Position numbers and translations under genes: made by a program
The notes under the pieces: generated by a model
Told to the model about the DNA's origin: nothing
What the model saw: only the letters and a program-made list of their open reading frames with translations
The model's database searches: none
From: Acidobacteriota bacterium
Lineage (GTDB): Bacteria > Acidobacteriota > Vicinamibacteria > Vicinamibacterales > SCN-69-37
DNA length: 64,000 nucleotides
NCBI GenBank assembly: GCA_020853395.1
Contig: JADYYY010000010.1
Span: 516,075-580,074 of the forward strand
Direction of reading: 5' to 3'
Part shown: positions 27,842-38,039 of the stretch, piece after piece
How the letters are laid out: every line of letters begins with the position of its first letter
Position numbering within the stretch: the stretch's first letter is position 1

Positions 27842-27963
27842 CCCACCGGCCGATCCGGGCATCGGATCGCCGGCCGTCACGCCGGCATCGTCTCCTCGCC
27901 GCGGCGGCCGGCGATGATCCGATGTCCGATGTATTAGGATTCGCCTATCGGGAGGCGATCCAT

Positions 27964-30060
27964 ATGAAGGTCTTCGACGCGGCGGCGATCCGGAACGTGG
28001 CGCTCGTAGGGCACAGCGGCAGCGGCAAGACGCAGCTGGCTTCCGCGCTGCTGTTCGACGGCGGCGCCTCGACCCGACTCGGGAAGGTGGACGAAGGAAC
28101 CACCGTGACGGATTTCGACGAGGAAGCCATCGCGCGCAAGCACACGCTCGCCGCGTCGCTCGCCTACTTCGAGTGGAACAAGTGCAAGATCAACCTGATC
28201 GACACCCCGGGCGCCGGCAACTTCCTCTCCGAGACGCGCGCCGCCTTGCGCGTCGTCGACGCCGCGGTCGTCGTCGTGGACGCCGTGGCCGGCGTCCAGG
28301 TCTCGACGGAGAAGGCGTGGGAAACCGCCGAAAGCCTGGGGCTGCCCCGGCTCGTCGTCTGTAACCGTCTCGATCGCGAGCGGGCGAGCCTCGATCGGGC
28401 GCTCGAGTCGATGCACGCCACGCTCGGCCGGGCGTGCGTGCCGGTGCAACTGCCGATCGGGGCCGAGCGCGACTTCCGCGGCGTCGTGGATCTCGTCACC
28501 ATGAAGGCGTTCACGTTCGCGACCGACGAGTCGGGCAAGACGACCGAGGGCCCGGTCCCGGACGCGCTCTCGGCCGAGGCCGAGGCGGCGCGGACGACGT
28601 TGATCGAGATGGTGGCCGAGGCCGACGACTCGCTGATGGAGAAGTTCTTCGAGGCCGGCACGCTGACGCAGGACGAGCTGACCGCCGGCCTCACCAGGTC
28701 GGTCCGGGCGGGCCGCCTCTTCCCGGTGTTCTGCGCCTCGGCGGTTCGGAACATGGGCGCGCAGCCGCTCGCGACGGCCATCGTCACCTACGTGCCGTCG
28801 CCAGCCGATCGACCGTTCAGCGGAACGACCTCCACGGGCGAACCGGCCACGCTCGAGGCCAGCGACGCCGCCCCGCTCCTGCTCTGGGTCTGGAAGACGA
28901 TGGCGGATCAGTTCGCGGGACGGGTGACGTTGTTCCGCGTGCTGTCCGGCGTGCTGCGCGCGGACTCCACCGTGCACAACCTCACTCGAGACGTCCCGGA
29001 ACGCATCGGCCACGTGCTCGTGCTCGAGGGCAAGACGCAGACGCACGTGCCGGAGCTGCACGCGGGCGACCTCGGGGCGGTCGCGAAGCTGCGCGATACG
29101 CGCACGAACGACCGGCTCGGCGACCGCAGCCTGACGTTCACGCCGGCCCCGATCACGTTCCCCAGCCCGGTGCTCTCGTACGCGATCGAGCCGAAGAACC
29201 GCAGCGACGAGGACAAGATCGGGCCGGCCATGCAGCGGCTGGTCGAGGAGGACCCCTCCATCGGCTACACGCGCGACCCGCAGACGCACGACCTGCTGCT
29301 GTCGGGACAGGGCCAGCTCCACATCGAAGTCACGGTGGCGAAGCTCAAGCGCCGGTTCGGCGTCGAGGTGACGCTGAAGCCGCCCCACATCCCCTACCGC
29401 GAGACCATCACGGTCCGGGCGGAGGCGCACGGCCGCCACAAGAAGCAGACGGGCGGCCACGGCCAGTTCGGCGACTGCAAGATCCGCGTCGAGCCGCTGC
29501 CCCGCGGCGCCGAGTTCGAGTTCGTCGACGACATCTTCGGCGGCTCGATTCCCAGACAGTTCATTCCGGCCGTGGAGAAGGGCATCCAGGATGCTCGGGT
29601 GCGAGGCCATCTCGCCGGCTACCCGATGGTCGACTTCCGCGTGGTGCTGACCGACGGGGCCTACCACGACGTCGACTCCAACGAGCTGTCGTTCAAGCTC
29701 GCAGGCCGGCTCGCCTACAAGGATGCGATGTCCAAGGCGCGGCCGACGCTGCTCGAGCCGATCATGACCGTCGAGGTCTATGCGCCATCCGATTTCGCCG
29801 GCGACCTCATGGGCGATCTCAACAGCCGGCGCGGCAGAATCGCCGGGATGGAGACACGCGGCAACGGAACGGTCATCAAGGCGAGCGTGCCGATGGCGGA
29901 GATGCTGACCTACGAGCAGACGCTGACGTCACACACCGGCGGCCGTGGCGCCTATCACATGGAGTTCTCCCACTACGAAGAGGTCCCGAGCCATCTGCAC
30001 GCGAAGATCATCGCCGCGTCGAAGGCCGAGCGTGGCGAGATGAAGGAAGAAGAAGCCTAG
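27964..30060 (+). CDS. Elongation factor G paralog (EF-G2/FusA2-like) with deviant GTPase motifs
   Basis: ATG at 27964. G1 is VGHSGSGKTQ (canonical AHIDAGKTT), G3 is DTPGAGNF (canonical DTPGHVDF), G4 is NRLD. EF-G domains II-V are recognisable (e.g. GHGQFGDCKIRVEPL, PIMTVEVYAP). The track start at 27604 overlaps the permease and is rejected. Confidence 0.88.
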   Translation: MKVFDAAAIRNVALVGHSGSGKTQLASALLFDGGASTRLGKVDEGTTVTDFDEEAIARKHTLAASLAYFEWNKCKINLIDTPGAGNFLSETRAALRVVDAAVVVVDAVAGVQVSTEKAWETAESLGLPRLVVCNRLDRERASLDRALESMHATLGRACVPVQLPIGAERDFRGVVDLVTMKAFTFATDESGKTTEGPVPDALSAEAEAARTTLIEMVAEADDSLMEKFFEAGTLTQDELTAGLTRSVRAGRLFPVFCASAVRNMGAQPLATAIVTYVPSPADRPFSGTTSTGEPATLEASDAAPLLLWVWKTMADQFAGRVTLFRVLSGVLRADSTVHNLTRDVPERIGHVLVLEGKTQTHVPELHAGDLGAVAKLRDTRTNDRLGDRSLTFTPAPITFPSPVLSYAIEPKNRSDEDKIGPAMQRLVEEDPSIGYTRDPQTHDLLLSGQGQLHIEVTVAKLKRRFGVEVTLKPPHIPYRETITVRAEAHGRHKKQTGGHGQFGDCKIRVEPLPRGAEFEFVDDIFGGSIPRQFIPAVEKGIQDARVRGHLAGYPMVDFRVVLTDGAYHDVDSNELSFKLAGRLAYKDAMSKARPTLLEPIMTVEVYAPSDFAGDLMGDLNSRRGRIAGMETRGNGTVIKASVPMAEMLTYEQTLTSHTGGRGAYHMEFSHYEEVPSHLHAKIIAASKAERGEMKEEEA

Positions 30061-31400
30061 GCCGGCGCGGACAGCCCGGCCGGCGGCGTCCATCCGCCGA
30101 ACAGATCGTCCCAGCACGCGTCGATCCGTGCCCGCTCCGCGTCGGGGATTCCGGCCGTGAACGGCAGCACCGGCATCCGGGAGAGATCGTCCAACCACGT
30201 GGCGACGGCCGACACGTCTCTCGCGATCACGCCGGTGGACACGCGGCTCAGATCGTCGTCCGGCCGATGATGGAAGAAGCGGCCGGTGTCGCAGTTGACG
30301 CGGTAGTGGAAGACCCCGGCGATGCCGCACGCGACGAACGGAAAATGATCCGCGTACGGCACGACGCTCGTGACGGTCTGGTAGTACAGGCCGGCCTCGC
30401 GGAACCGCGGGCGCAGCGCATCCTCGAAATCGGGATGGGCGTTGACGTGGAGCTGCAGCCAGCCGAGGTGCGAACCGTAGCTGTCGAGGTTGTACATCAG
30501 CCGCCCCCGGCGCGAGACCTCGGCACGATGCGCCCGCACGTACGTCGCGGCTCCGACCGACAACTGCTCTTCGGCGCCGAACGAGACGAGGCGAATCGTC
30601 CGGCGGCGCGGCCGGCCCGCGAGCAGGCGCGCCATCTCGAGCAGACCGGCGACACCCGATCCGTTGTCGTCGGCGCCGGGCGACGACGCTTGCGTGTCGT
30701 GATGAGCGCTCGCGTAGAGAATCTCGTCCGCGAGGTCGGTGCCCGGCAGATCGATCACGACGTTCTGTGACGTCGCCGCCTGCATCCCTCCCGTGACGCG
30801 GCAGCGTGCGCGAGAAGCGCCGCGGGCCACCCACGACCAGGCGTCCTGGTACGCGACATTGAGCGTCGGCACCGCGCCGATGGCCGACGTGTACGCGGGG
30901 AACATGCCGTCGGCGAGCGGCGTCGCGCCAGGAAAGCGGGTATCGACCATCAGCAGGAACGCCGGATGCGCGTCGATCAGCCGCCGGTAGGCCGCCCGCG
31001 ATTCGATGTGGCAGCCGAGGTGAATGACGGCCTTCCCGGTGATGTCTCCGAGGTCGTCGCGCTGGTAGTCGGTGGGCGTCAGGGTGACGAGCTCCCCGCT
31101 GCGCCATTCGCCGTCCGTTCCTGGAGTGCTGCTGAAGAGCGAGCACGGGTACGGGCGCCACGCGCCGTCGATTAGCACCTCCAGCGCTTCCTCGGCCACC
31201 TCCCTCGCGTGCACTGGGAAGGTCTCGTCCCAGACCTCGGCGCCAGCCTCGCGGGCGCGACGGACGACGTGGTCGGCGGCGGCACGTTCGCCGGCGGTAC
31301 CGGCAAGCCTGACGCCGATCTGCCCGGCGAGGACGTCGAGGTCGTGAGCGAGCCGGTCGGGCGAGGCGCGAAGCATGGGCGTGATCGGAGAAAACAGCAC
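30057..31400 (-). CDS. M28 family metallopeptidase (aminopeptidase-like)
   Basis: Zinc-ligand contexts YASAHHDT, GADDNGSGVAGLLEMARLL, VSFGAEEQLSVGA, HHRPDD. The start at 31400 is GTG; the ATG at 31376 is an alternative. Confidence 0.8.
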   Translation of the reverse strand: MLFSPITPMLRASPDRLAHDLDVLAGQIGVRLAGTAGERAAADHVVRRAREAGAEVWDETFPVHAREVAEEALEVLIDGAWRPYPCSLFSSTPGTDGEWRSGELVTLTPTDYQRDDLGDITGKAVIHLGCHIESRAAYRRLIDAHPAFLLMVDTRFPGATPLADGMFPAYTSAIGAVPTLNVAYQDAWSWVARGASRARCRVTGGMQAATSQNVVIDLPGTDLADEILYASAHHDTQASSPGADDNGSGVAGLLEMARLLAGRPRRRTIRLVSFGAEEQLSVGAATYVRAHRAEVSRRGRLMYNLDSYGSHLGWLQLHVNAHPDFEDALRPRFREAGLYYQTVTSVVPYADHFPFVACGIAGVFHYRVNCDTGRFFHHRPDDDLSRVSTGVIARDVSAVATWLDDLSRMPVLPFTAGIPDAERARIDACWDDLFGGWTPPAGLSAPA

Positions 31401-31481
31401 GAGCCGGCGCCTGTCGACATCCGGCGTCGGCGGGCATCGGCTCGTGCGATTGCCATCCGCGGGAGACGCCCGCGGCTGTTG

Positions 31482-32075
31482 CTAGCTGCCGCCTGCCTTG
31501 CGCGGGGTGGTGCTTCGGCGGCCGGCGCCCTTGGCGGCCTTGTCGGCCTTGGCCTTCGGCTGCTGGCTCTCGTCTTTCTTCTTCCGTCCGCCCGTGAGCG
31601 CCTCGCGGATGCGGCCGCCGACCGTCTTCTTCTTCGGCGCGTCCGGCGCGGCGTCGCCGCCCTTGGCCGTCTTCACCGCATCGGGGTTGAACTCGAACCC
31701 GACGAGCTCCACCTGCGCGACGTCCGCTGCGTCACCGCGGCGGTGACCGAGCCGGAGCAATCGCGTGTAGCCGCCCGCCCGATCGACGTACTTCGGCGCG
31801 ACCGTCTCGAACAGCTTCCGGAGCACGGCGCGGTCGACGATGTCCTGCCCGACGGTTCGGCGGGCGGTCACGTGATGCGTGCTGCCTTCCGGCGCGCCGA
31901 GACTGCGCTTGGCCACCGAGATGATCCGCTCGACGAACGGCCGCAGCTCCTTCGCGCGGGCGACGGTCGTCTCGATGCGCTCGTGCTCGATCAACGCCGA
32001 CGCCTGGTTGCGGAGCATCGCGATGCGGTGCTCCGTGACGCGGCCGAGCTTCCTGTATGCCACTCTGTGACGCAT
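31482..32075 (-). CDS. rplQ: 50S ribosomal protein L17 with long Lys/Ala-rich C-terminal tail
   Basis: MRHRVAYRKLGRVTEHRIAMLRNQASALIEHERIETT. It is 197 aa, with a basic low-complexity tail of about 70 aa. Confidence 0.93.
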   Translation of the reverse strand: MRHRVAYRKLGRVTEHRIAMLRNQASALIEHERIETTVARAKELRPFVERIISVAKRSLGAPEGSTHHVTARRTVGQDIVDRAVLRKLFETVAPKYVDRAGGYTRLLRLGHRRGDAADVAQVELVGFEFNPDAVKTAKGGDAAPDAPKKKTVGGRIREALTGGRKKKDESQQPKAKADKAAKGAGRRSTTPRKAGGS

Positions 32076-32175
32076 GTTCGATCCTTGCAGGCTCGAGCGA
32101 GGCGCCGTGAGTCGCGGGACTCACCGCGCATCGCTCTCGCTCATCACTCATTGCTGACCGACGTACCGCGACTCC

Positions 32176-33156
32176 TCACGCCCCCGTCTCGTCTCCCTGA
32201 TCGAGCCGCATGCCGAGGCTCAGGCCCAGGCTCGCGAGGATTTCCTTGATCTCGTTGAGCGACTTGCGCCCGAAGTTCTTCGTCTTCAGCATCTCGCCCT
32301 CGGTCTTCTGGACGAGCTCGCGCAGGGTGCGGATGTTCGCGTTCTTCAGGCAGTTGTACGACCGCACCGACAGCTCCAGCTCCTCGACGCTCTTGTCGAG
32401 GTGCTCGTTGACCGACGAGGCGGGCTGATCGGACGCGCCTTCCAGCGGCTGATCCGCGGCCTCGTCGAGGCCGACGAAGATCGTGAAGTGATCGCGGATG
32501 AGCTTCGCCGCGAGCGACACGGCATCGCGCGCCGTGACGGCACCGTTGGTCGACACCTCGAGCGTCAGCTTGTCGTAGTCGGTCACCTGGCCGATGCGCG
32601 CCGCCTCCACCGTGTAGTTCACGCGCTTGACGGGCGAGTGCACCGAGTCAATCGGAATCCAGCCGATGCCCAGGTCCTCGTCGAAGTTCTTGTCGGCCGA
32701 GACGTACCCGCGGCCGCGCTTCACGCGCAGCTCCATCTCGAGGCGGCCGCCCTCGCTGACGGTCGCGATGTGCGCGTCCGGCTCCAGGATCTCGACGTCC
32801 GCGTCGGCTTCGATGTCGCGCGCGCGCACCTCGCCGGGCTTCAGCGCGCGCACGAGCAGCGTCTTCGCCTGATCGGTGTGCAGCTTCAGCGGGATCTGCT
32901 TCAGATTCAGGATGATGTCGGTCGCATCCTCCACCACGCCCTGAATCGGCGCGAACTCGTGGAGCACCCCCTCGATCTTCACCGCGGTCACGGCCGCGCC
33001 CTCGATCGACGACAGCAGCACGCGCCGCAGCGCGTTGCCCACCGTCGTCCCGAACCCGCGCTCGAACGGCTGGGCGGTGAACCGGCCGAACCGGTCGGTC
33101 AACGTCTCCCGTTCGAAGTCGAGTCGCTTCGGACGCTGAAATCCCTTCCAGAGCAT
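32176..33156 (-). CDS. rpoA: DNA-directed RNA polymerase subunit alpha
   Basis: [32 protein letters not shown] plus the C-terminal domain [23 protein letters not shown]. Confidence 0.95.
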   Translation of the reverse strand: MLWKGFQRPKRLDFERETLTDRFGRFTAQPFERGFGTTVGNALRRVLLSSIEGAAVTAVKIEGVLHEFAPIQGVVEDATDIILNLKQIPLKLHTDQAKTLLVRALKPGEVRARDIEADADVEILEPDAHIATVSEGGRLEMELRVKRGRGYVSADKNFDEDLGIGWIPIDSVHSPVKRVNYTVEAARIGQVTDYDKLTLEVSTNGAVTARDAVSLAAKLIRDHFTIFVGLDEAADQPLEGASDQPASSVNEHLDKSVEELELSVRSYNCLKNANIRTLRELVQKTEGEMLKTKNFGRKSLNEIKEILASLGLSLGMRLDQGDETGA

Positions 33157-33281
33157 TGGTCTCGTTCCTTTCGCCTGCGCGCCGGCTCAGCCGGCGGCCA
33201 GACCTGCATGACGATCACCGGCCTCCCGCGGCAGGCCTGAGCGCTGCGGGCCGGTGACTGGCTTCATTGCCACGGCCGCGC

Positions 33282-33911
33282 TTACTTCGAATACAGCTCG
33301 ACGATCAACTGCTCCTGAACCGGCAGGTTGATCTGCTGGCGGGTCGGAAGCTGCACGACGCGGCCGGCCCGGCCGCCCGCGTCGAACAGCAGCCACTCGG
33401 GAATCCCGCGTCCCTTCACCTCTTCCATCGCGTGCTGGATGATGGCGTTCTCGCCGCTCTTGGCCCGCAAGGCGACCACGTCTCCCGATCGCACCGCATA
33501 GGACGGGATGTCCACCTTGCGGCCGTTGACGGTGAAGTGGCCGTGGCGGACGAGCTGGCGCGCCTGGGGACGCGACGTCGCGAAGCCCAACCGGTAGACG
33601 ACGTTGTCGAGCCGCCGCTCCAGCATCTGGAGGAGCAGCTCGCCGGTGATGCCCTTCTGCCGGTCGGCCGCCTCGAAATAGCGGCGGAACTGGTTCTCGA
33701 GCACGCCGTAGGTGCGCTTGACCTTCTGCTTCTCGCGCAGTTGAATCCCGTAGCCGACGAGCTTCGCCTTGCGGGATCGGCCGTGCTGACCGGGCGGCAC
33801 GTTCCGCTTCTCGATCGCGCACTTCTCCGTGTAGCAGCGTTCCCCCTTGAGGAACAGCTTCATGCCCTCGCGCCGGCACAACCGGCAGACCGGACCGATA
33901 TATCGAGCCAT
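33282..33911 (-). CDS. rpsD: 30S ribosomal protein S4
   Basis: [26 protein letters not shown]. Confidence 0.95.
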   Translation of the reverse strand: MARYIGPVCRLCRREGMKLFLKGERCYTEKCAIEKRNVPPGQHGRSRKAKLVGYGIQLREKQKVKRTYGVLENQFRRYFEAADRQKGITGELLLQMLERRLDNVVYRLGFATSRPQARQLVRHGHFTVNGRKVDIPSYAVRSGDVVALRAKSGENAIIQHAMEEVKGRGIPEWLLFDAGGRAGRVVQLPTRQQINLPVQEQLIVELYSK

Positions 33912-33992
33912 CTAATCCTCTTCAGCTAATCACGACCGCGCCACGCACCTCGCGCGGCCCGACGATCCGCCCCTGCGATTCCCCGCGCACGC

Positions 33993-34433
33993 CTAGACCC
34001 GCCGCCGCTTCGGCGGCCGGCAGCCGTTGTGCGGAATGGGCGTGACGTCGCGAATGGACTTCACGTCCATGCCGACCGTCTGCAGCGCGCGCACCGCCGA
34101 CTCGCGGCCGGCGCCCGGCCCCTTCACCCGCACTTCGAGCGATCGCATGCCGTGGGTCTTCGCCGCGTTGCCGGCCGCCATCGCGGCCTGCGTCGCCGCG
34201 AACGGCGTGCCTTTCCGGGATCCCTTGAACCCGATCCCTCCCGCGCTCGACCAGGCAATCACGTGCCCCTCGAGATCGGTGATCGTCACGATCGTGTTGT
34301 TGAACGACGCCTGAATGTGCGCGTAGCCGTGGTGGACGACGCGCTTCTCGCCGCGCTTCTTGAACGTCTTCTTCTTCGCGGGCGACTTGCCGCCCTCGGG
34401 AGCCGCTGCGCCTTCTGGTTGCGTCTTGGCCAT
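33993..34433 (-). CDS. rpsK: 30S ribosomal protein S11
   Basis: [42 protein letters not shown] ... [13 protein letters not shown]. Confidence 0.95.
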   Translation of the reverse strand: MAKTQPEGAAAPEGGKSPAKKKTFKKRGEKRVVHHGYAHIQASFNNTIVTITDLEGHVIAWSSAGGIGFKGSRKGTPFAATQAAMAAGNAAKTHGMRSLEVRVKGPGAGRESAVRALQTVGMDVKSIRDVTPIPHNGCRPPKRRRV

Positions 34434-34442
34434 GTCCGTGTC

Positions 34443-34817
34443 CTACTCGACCTTCTTCTTCGGCACCGCGCCCTTGCGCGGGCCCTTGCGCGTGCGGGAG
34501 TTGGTGCGCGTGCGCTGCCCGCGCACGGGCAGGTTCCGGCGATGCCGCGCGCCGCGGTAGCTGCCAATCTCGACGAGCCGCTTGATGTTCATCGAGATCT
34601 CCTTGCGGAGATCGCCTTCCACACGCCCCTCTTCCTCGATGACGCGCGTGATCTTCCGCACATCGTCTTCCGACAGGTCCTTCACGCGGATGTCGGGGCT
34701 CACGCCGGCGGCGCCGAGAATCCGAGCCGATCGGGTCCGCCCGATGCCGTAGATGTACGTGAGGCCCACCTCGACCCTCTTGGTGCGGGGCAAATCGACG
34801 CCTGCAATCCGAGCCAT
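34443..34817 (-). CDS. rpsM: 30S ribosomal protein S13
   Basis: [30 protein letters not shown]. Confidence 0.95.
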   Translation of the reverse strand: MARIAGVDLPRTKRVEVGLTYIYGIGRTRSARILGAAGVSPDIRVKDLSEDDVRKITRVIEEEGRVEGDLRKEISMNIKRLVEIGSYRGARHRRNLPVRGQRTRTNSRTRKGPRKGAVPKKKVE

Positions 34818-34829
34818 TCTCGCCGTCTC

Positions 34830-34943
34830 CTATCCCTGGCGCTGCTTGTGCTTCTGGTTCGAGCAGATGATCCGCACGACGCCCTGCCGGCGCACCACCT
34901 TGCACTTGTCGCAAATCCGCTTCACCGATGCCCTGACCTTCAT
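34830..34943 (-). CDS. rpmJ: 50S ribosomal protein L36
   Basis: Not in the ORF track (37 aa). Hand translation gives [37 protein letters not shown]. It is in the canonical position between infA and rpsM. Confidence 0.9.
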   Translation of the reverse strand: MKVRASVKRICDKCKVVRRQGVVRIICSNQKHKQRQG

Positions 34944-34951
34944 CGCTGCTC

Positions 34952-35176
34952 CTACCGCTTTCCGACGATGCGCCCTCGCCCGGCGTCGCGCGGGCTGATG
35001 GCCACCTGAACCCGATCGCCGACGACCAGCCTCACGAACGTGCGTCCCGGCCCCGTGCGCGCGTGCGCGACGACCTCGCGCCCCTGGCCGACGCCCACTC
35101 GATACAGCGCCCGGGGCAGGATCGCCGTTACGGTCCCGGTGACGTCCGCCCCCGGCGTCTCCCGCTCGTCGTCCAT
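34952..35176 (-). CDS. infA: Translation initiation factor IF-1 (divergent sequence)
   Basis: The C-terminal 74 aa of the 361-aa track ORF read [74 protein letters not shown]. This aligns along its length with the S1-fold IF-1 pattern (G.V.E.LPN..F.V.L.NG..V.AH.SGKMR...IRI..GD.V.VE.SPYDL..GRI). It is in the canonical map-infA-rpmJ position. Confidence 0.8.
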   Translation of the reverse strand: MDDERETPGADVTGTVTAILPRALYRVGVGQGREVVAHARTGPGRTFVRLVVGDRVQVAISPRDAGRGRIVGKR

Positions 35177-35964
35177 CACGACCTGACGGGATGCATGCCG
35201 GCGAGCGGCCGGCCCGATCGCACCGTCAACACCTGCGGGCCGTCGGCCGTCACCGCGACCGTGTGCTCGAAGTGCGCCGCGAGGCTGCCATCCCGCGTGA
35301 CGGCCGTCCATCCGTCGGCGAGCACGCGCGTCTCCGGCTTGCCCATCGCCACCATCGGCTCGATCGCCAGCACCATGCCGGCCGCGAGCTTCGGCCCGCG
35401 TCCCGGCGGGCCGTAGTTCGGAATCTGCGGGTCCTCGTGCAGGCGCTCGCCGATGCCGTGCCCTACGAACTCCCGCACGATCGAGAACCCGTGCTGCTCC
35501 ACCCACTGCTGCACGGCGTGCCCGATGTCCGACAACCGTCCGCCCACCGCAACGGCCGCGATCGCGCGCTCGAGCGACTGGCGCGTCACGTCGAGCAGCT
35601 CCTGCGCCCGCTCGGCAATCCGGCCAACCGCCACGGTCAGCGCCGAATCGCCGTAGAACCCGTTCACCTTCACGCCCATGTCGAGCGAGATGATGTCGCC
35701 GTCGCGCAGCACCCGCTTCGCCGACGGGATCCCGTGCACCACTTCCTCGTTCACCGACGCACACAGCGTGGCCGGGTAGCCGCGATACCCCTTGAACGCC
35801 GGCTCGGCCCCCGCGTCGCGCACCAGGCGTTCGGCGAGCTGATCCAGGTCCTTCGTCGTCACGCCCGGTGCAACTTCCGCCGCGAGCGCCGCGAGCACGT
35901 CGGCCACCAGCGCATTGGCCGGCCGCATCCGCTCGATTTCCGCCTGCGACCGGCAGATGATCAC
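35176..35964 (-). CDS. map: Type I methionine aminopeptidase
   Basis: [23 protein letters not shown], metal-ligand contexts [43 protein letters not shown] at 35964 (GTGA overlap with the adk stop); the GTG at 35970 is an alternative. Confidence 0.9.
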   Translation of the reverse strand: MIICRSQAEIERMRPANALVADVLAALAAEVAPGVTTKDLDQLAERLVRDAGAEPAFKGYRGYPATLCASVNEEVVHGIPSAKRVLRDGDIISLDMGVKVNGFYGDSALTVAVGRIAERAQELLDVTRQSLERAIAAVAVGGRLSDIGHAVQQWVEQHGFSIVREFVGHGIGERLHEDPQIPNYGPPGRGPKLAAGMVLAIEPMVAMGKPETRVLADGWTAVTRDGSLAAHFEHTVAVTADGPQVLTVRSGRPLAGMHPVRS

Positions 35965-36614
35965 GGCCACCCTCCCGCCACCGAGGCGATGGCCGCCGCG
36001 ATATCGGCCGCCACCATGTGTTCCGGCTGGTCGCCATCGACGGATCTGAACGTCGGACGCCGCCGGTAGTACTCGACGATCGAGCGGGTGTCCCGGACGT
36101 AGACCCGCAGCCGCTCGCGAATCACCTCGGGATCGTCGTCGGGACGCTGCACGAGCGTGCCGCCGCACTTGGCGCACTGCCGGTCGCCCGCCCGCGCCGT
36201 CGTCCCGCACTGCCCGCAAATCCTGCGCTGGCTGAGGCGGGTGACGAGCGCCTCCTCCGGCACCTCGATGTCGACGACGATGAGCGGCCGCCGCGGGTCG
36301 ACGAGATCGTCGAGCGTCTCGGCCTGCACCAGCGTCCGCGGAAAGCCGTCGAGCACGAACCCGCGCTCCGCATCCGGCCGCGTCAGCCGTTCCCGCACGA
36401 TCCCGATCACCAAGTCGTCGCTCACCAGGCGGCCGGCGTTCATCGTCGCCTTGGCGGCGCGGCCCACGTCCGTGCCGCCCTGCACCGCTTCGCGGAGGAT
36501 GTCGCCGGTCGCGATCCGCGGAATGCGGCGCTCCCGCGCGATCCGTTCCCCCTGCGTGCCCTTGCCCGCTCCCGGCGGCCCGAGCATCACCAGTCGAACC
36601 GCCCCGTCCGCCAT
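35961..36614 (-). CDS. adk: Adenylate kinase (Cys4 zinc lid type)
   Basis: ATG at 36614. RLVMLGPPGAGKGTQ, lid CGQCG...CAKCGG. Confidence 0.92.
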   Translation of the reverse strand: MADGAVRLVMLGPPGAGKGTQGERIARERRIPRIATGDILREAVQGGTDVGRAAKATMNAGRLVSDDLVIGIVRERLTRPDAERGFVLDGFPRTLVQAETLDDLVDPRRPLIVVDIEVPEEALVTRLSQRRICGQCGTTARAGDRQCAKCGGTLVQRPDDDPEVIRERLRVYVRDTRSIVEYYRRRPTFRSVDGDQPEHMVAADIAAAIASVAGGWP

Positions 36615-36643
36615 CTGTCGATCCCCGACGGCCACGCGGCGCG

Positions 36644-38029
36644 CTACCCGCGCCGGCCCCGGATCCGCGTCTTCTTCATGAACCCGTCGTAGTGCCGCAT
36701 GATCAACTGCGACTCGACCTGCTGCACGGTGTCCATCGCGACGCCGACGATGATCAGCAGCGACGTCCCGCCGAAGTAGAACGGCACGCCCAGCCCCTCG
36801 GTGATGAAGCGCGGCATGATCGCGTCCAGCCGGTCGCCGATGAACGGGATCGGCTGCACTTTGAACCCGGTCAGCAGCAGCTCGGGCAAGAGCGCGATCG
36901 CCGCCAGGTAGAGCGCGCCGGCGAGCGTCACCCGCGCCAGGATCTGATCGATGTGCTCGGCCGTCCGTTTGCCCGGCCGGATGCCGGGCACGAACCCGCC
37001 GTACTTCCGCATGTTCTCGGCGACGTCATCCGGATTGAAGATGATCGCCGTGTAGAAGTACGCGAAGAACACGATCAACCCGACGTAGAGCAGGTTGTAG
37101 AGCGGGTACCCGATGCTCAACTGGGTAATCGCCCGGTCGGCGAAGCTCGTCGCCGCGAACATCGGCTTCAGCGTCTGTGGAAACGCCAGAATCGACGACG
37201 CGAAGATCACCGGCATGACGCCGCCGGTGTTGACCTTGAGCGGGATGTGCGTGCTCGTGCCGCCCATCAGCCGCCGGCCGACCATCCGGCGGGCGTACTG
37301 CACGGTGACCCGCCGATGGCCGCGCTCGACGAAGACGACGGCGCCGACGACCGCCACCATCAGCACGACGAGGATGATCAGCGTGAACAAGCCGATGCTG
37401 CCCATGCGCAACTGCTGGATCGTGGCCAGCGCGCCGCGCGGCAGCCCGACGACGATCCCCGCGTAGATCAGGAGCGACATCCCGTTGCCGATGCCGCGCT
37501 CCGTGATCTGCTCGCCGAGCCACATCACGAGCGTCGACCCGGTCGAGAGCGTCAGCACCGTCATCAGGCGGAAGCCCCACCCCGGGTTGGTGACGATCTG
37601 GTAGCCGCCCGCCTGCGACGCGTTCTCGAGGAAGATCGCGATCCCGAGCGCCTGCACCACGCTCAGGAGGATCGTCCCGTACCGCGTGTACTGCGTGATC
37701 TTCCGGCGTCCGAGCTCGCCTTCCTTGGACAGCCGCTCGAGATACGGCCAGACCACGGTCAGAAGCTGCAGGATGATCGACGCGCTGATGTACGGCATCA
37801 CCCCCAGCGCGAAGACCGTCATCTGCGAGAGGTTGTAGCCCGAGAACATGTCGTACAGACCGAACAGGTTGCTCGCCGCCGCCTGCTGGGTCAGCTCGTA
37901 CAGCGCGTCCTTGTTGATCCCGGGCGTCGGGATGTGGCCGCCCAGGCGGTACGCCGTCAGGATCCCGAACGTGAACAGCACGCGCTTGCGCAGCTCGGGA
38001 ATCGCGAAGATGTTCTTCAGGCTGTCCAT
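36644..38029 (-). CDS. secY: Preprotein translocase subunit SecY
   Basis: 461 aa, 10-TM profile, ELRKRVLFTFGILTAYRLGGHIPTPGI. Confidence 0.95.
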   Translation of the reverse strand: MDSLKNIFAIPELRKRVLFTFGILTAYRLGGHIPTPGINKDALYELTQQAAASNLFGLYDMFSGYNLSQMTVFALGVMPYISASIILQLLTVVWPYLERLSKEGELGRRKITQYTRYGTILLSVVQALGIAIFLENASQAGGYQIVTNPGWGFRLMTVLTLSTGSTLVMWLGEQITERGIGNGMSLLIYAGIVVGLPRGALATIQQLRMGSIGLFTLIILVVLMVAVVGAVVFVERGHRRVTVQYARRMVGRRLMGGTSTHIPLKVNTGGVMPVIFASSILAFPQTLKPMFAATSFADRAITQLSIGYPLYNLLYVGLIVFFAYFYTAIIFNPDDVAENMRKYGGFVPGIRPGKRTAEHIDQILARVTLAGALYLAAIALLPELLLTGFKVQPIPFIGDRLDAIMPRFITEGLGVPFYFGGTSLLIIVGVAMDTVQQVESQLIMRHYDGFMKKTRIRGRRG

Positions 38030-38039
38030 AACGCCGCCT

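Noticed and set aside
30057-30060. Overlapping convergent stop codons (CTAG) of the EF-G paralog and the M28 peptidase
   Set aside because: The overlap is real, but it is a trivial consequence of compact convergent genes. No structure or element is associated with it.
31457-31475. Short hairpin CCGCGGG-agacg-CCCGCGG after rplQ as a terminator
   Set aside because: It has only 7 bp and no U-tract, which is too weak to call from sequence alone.
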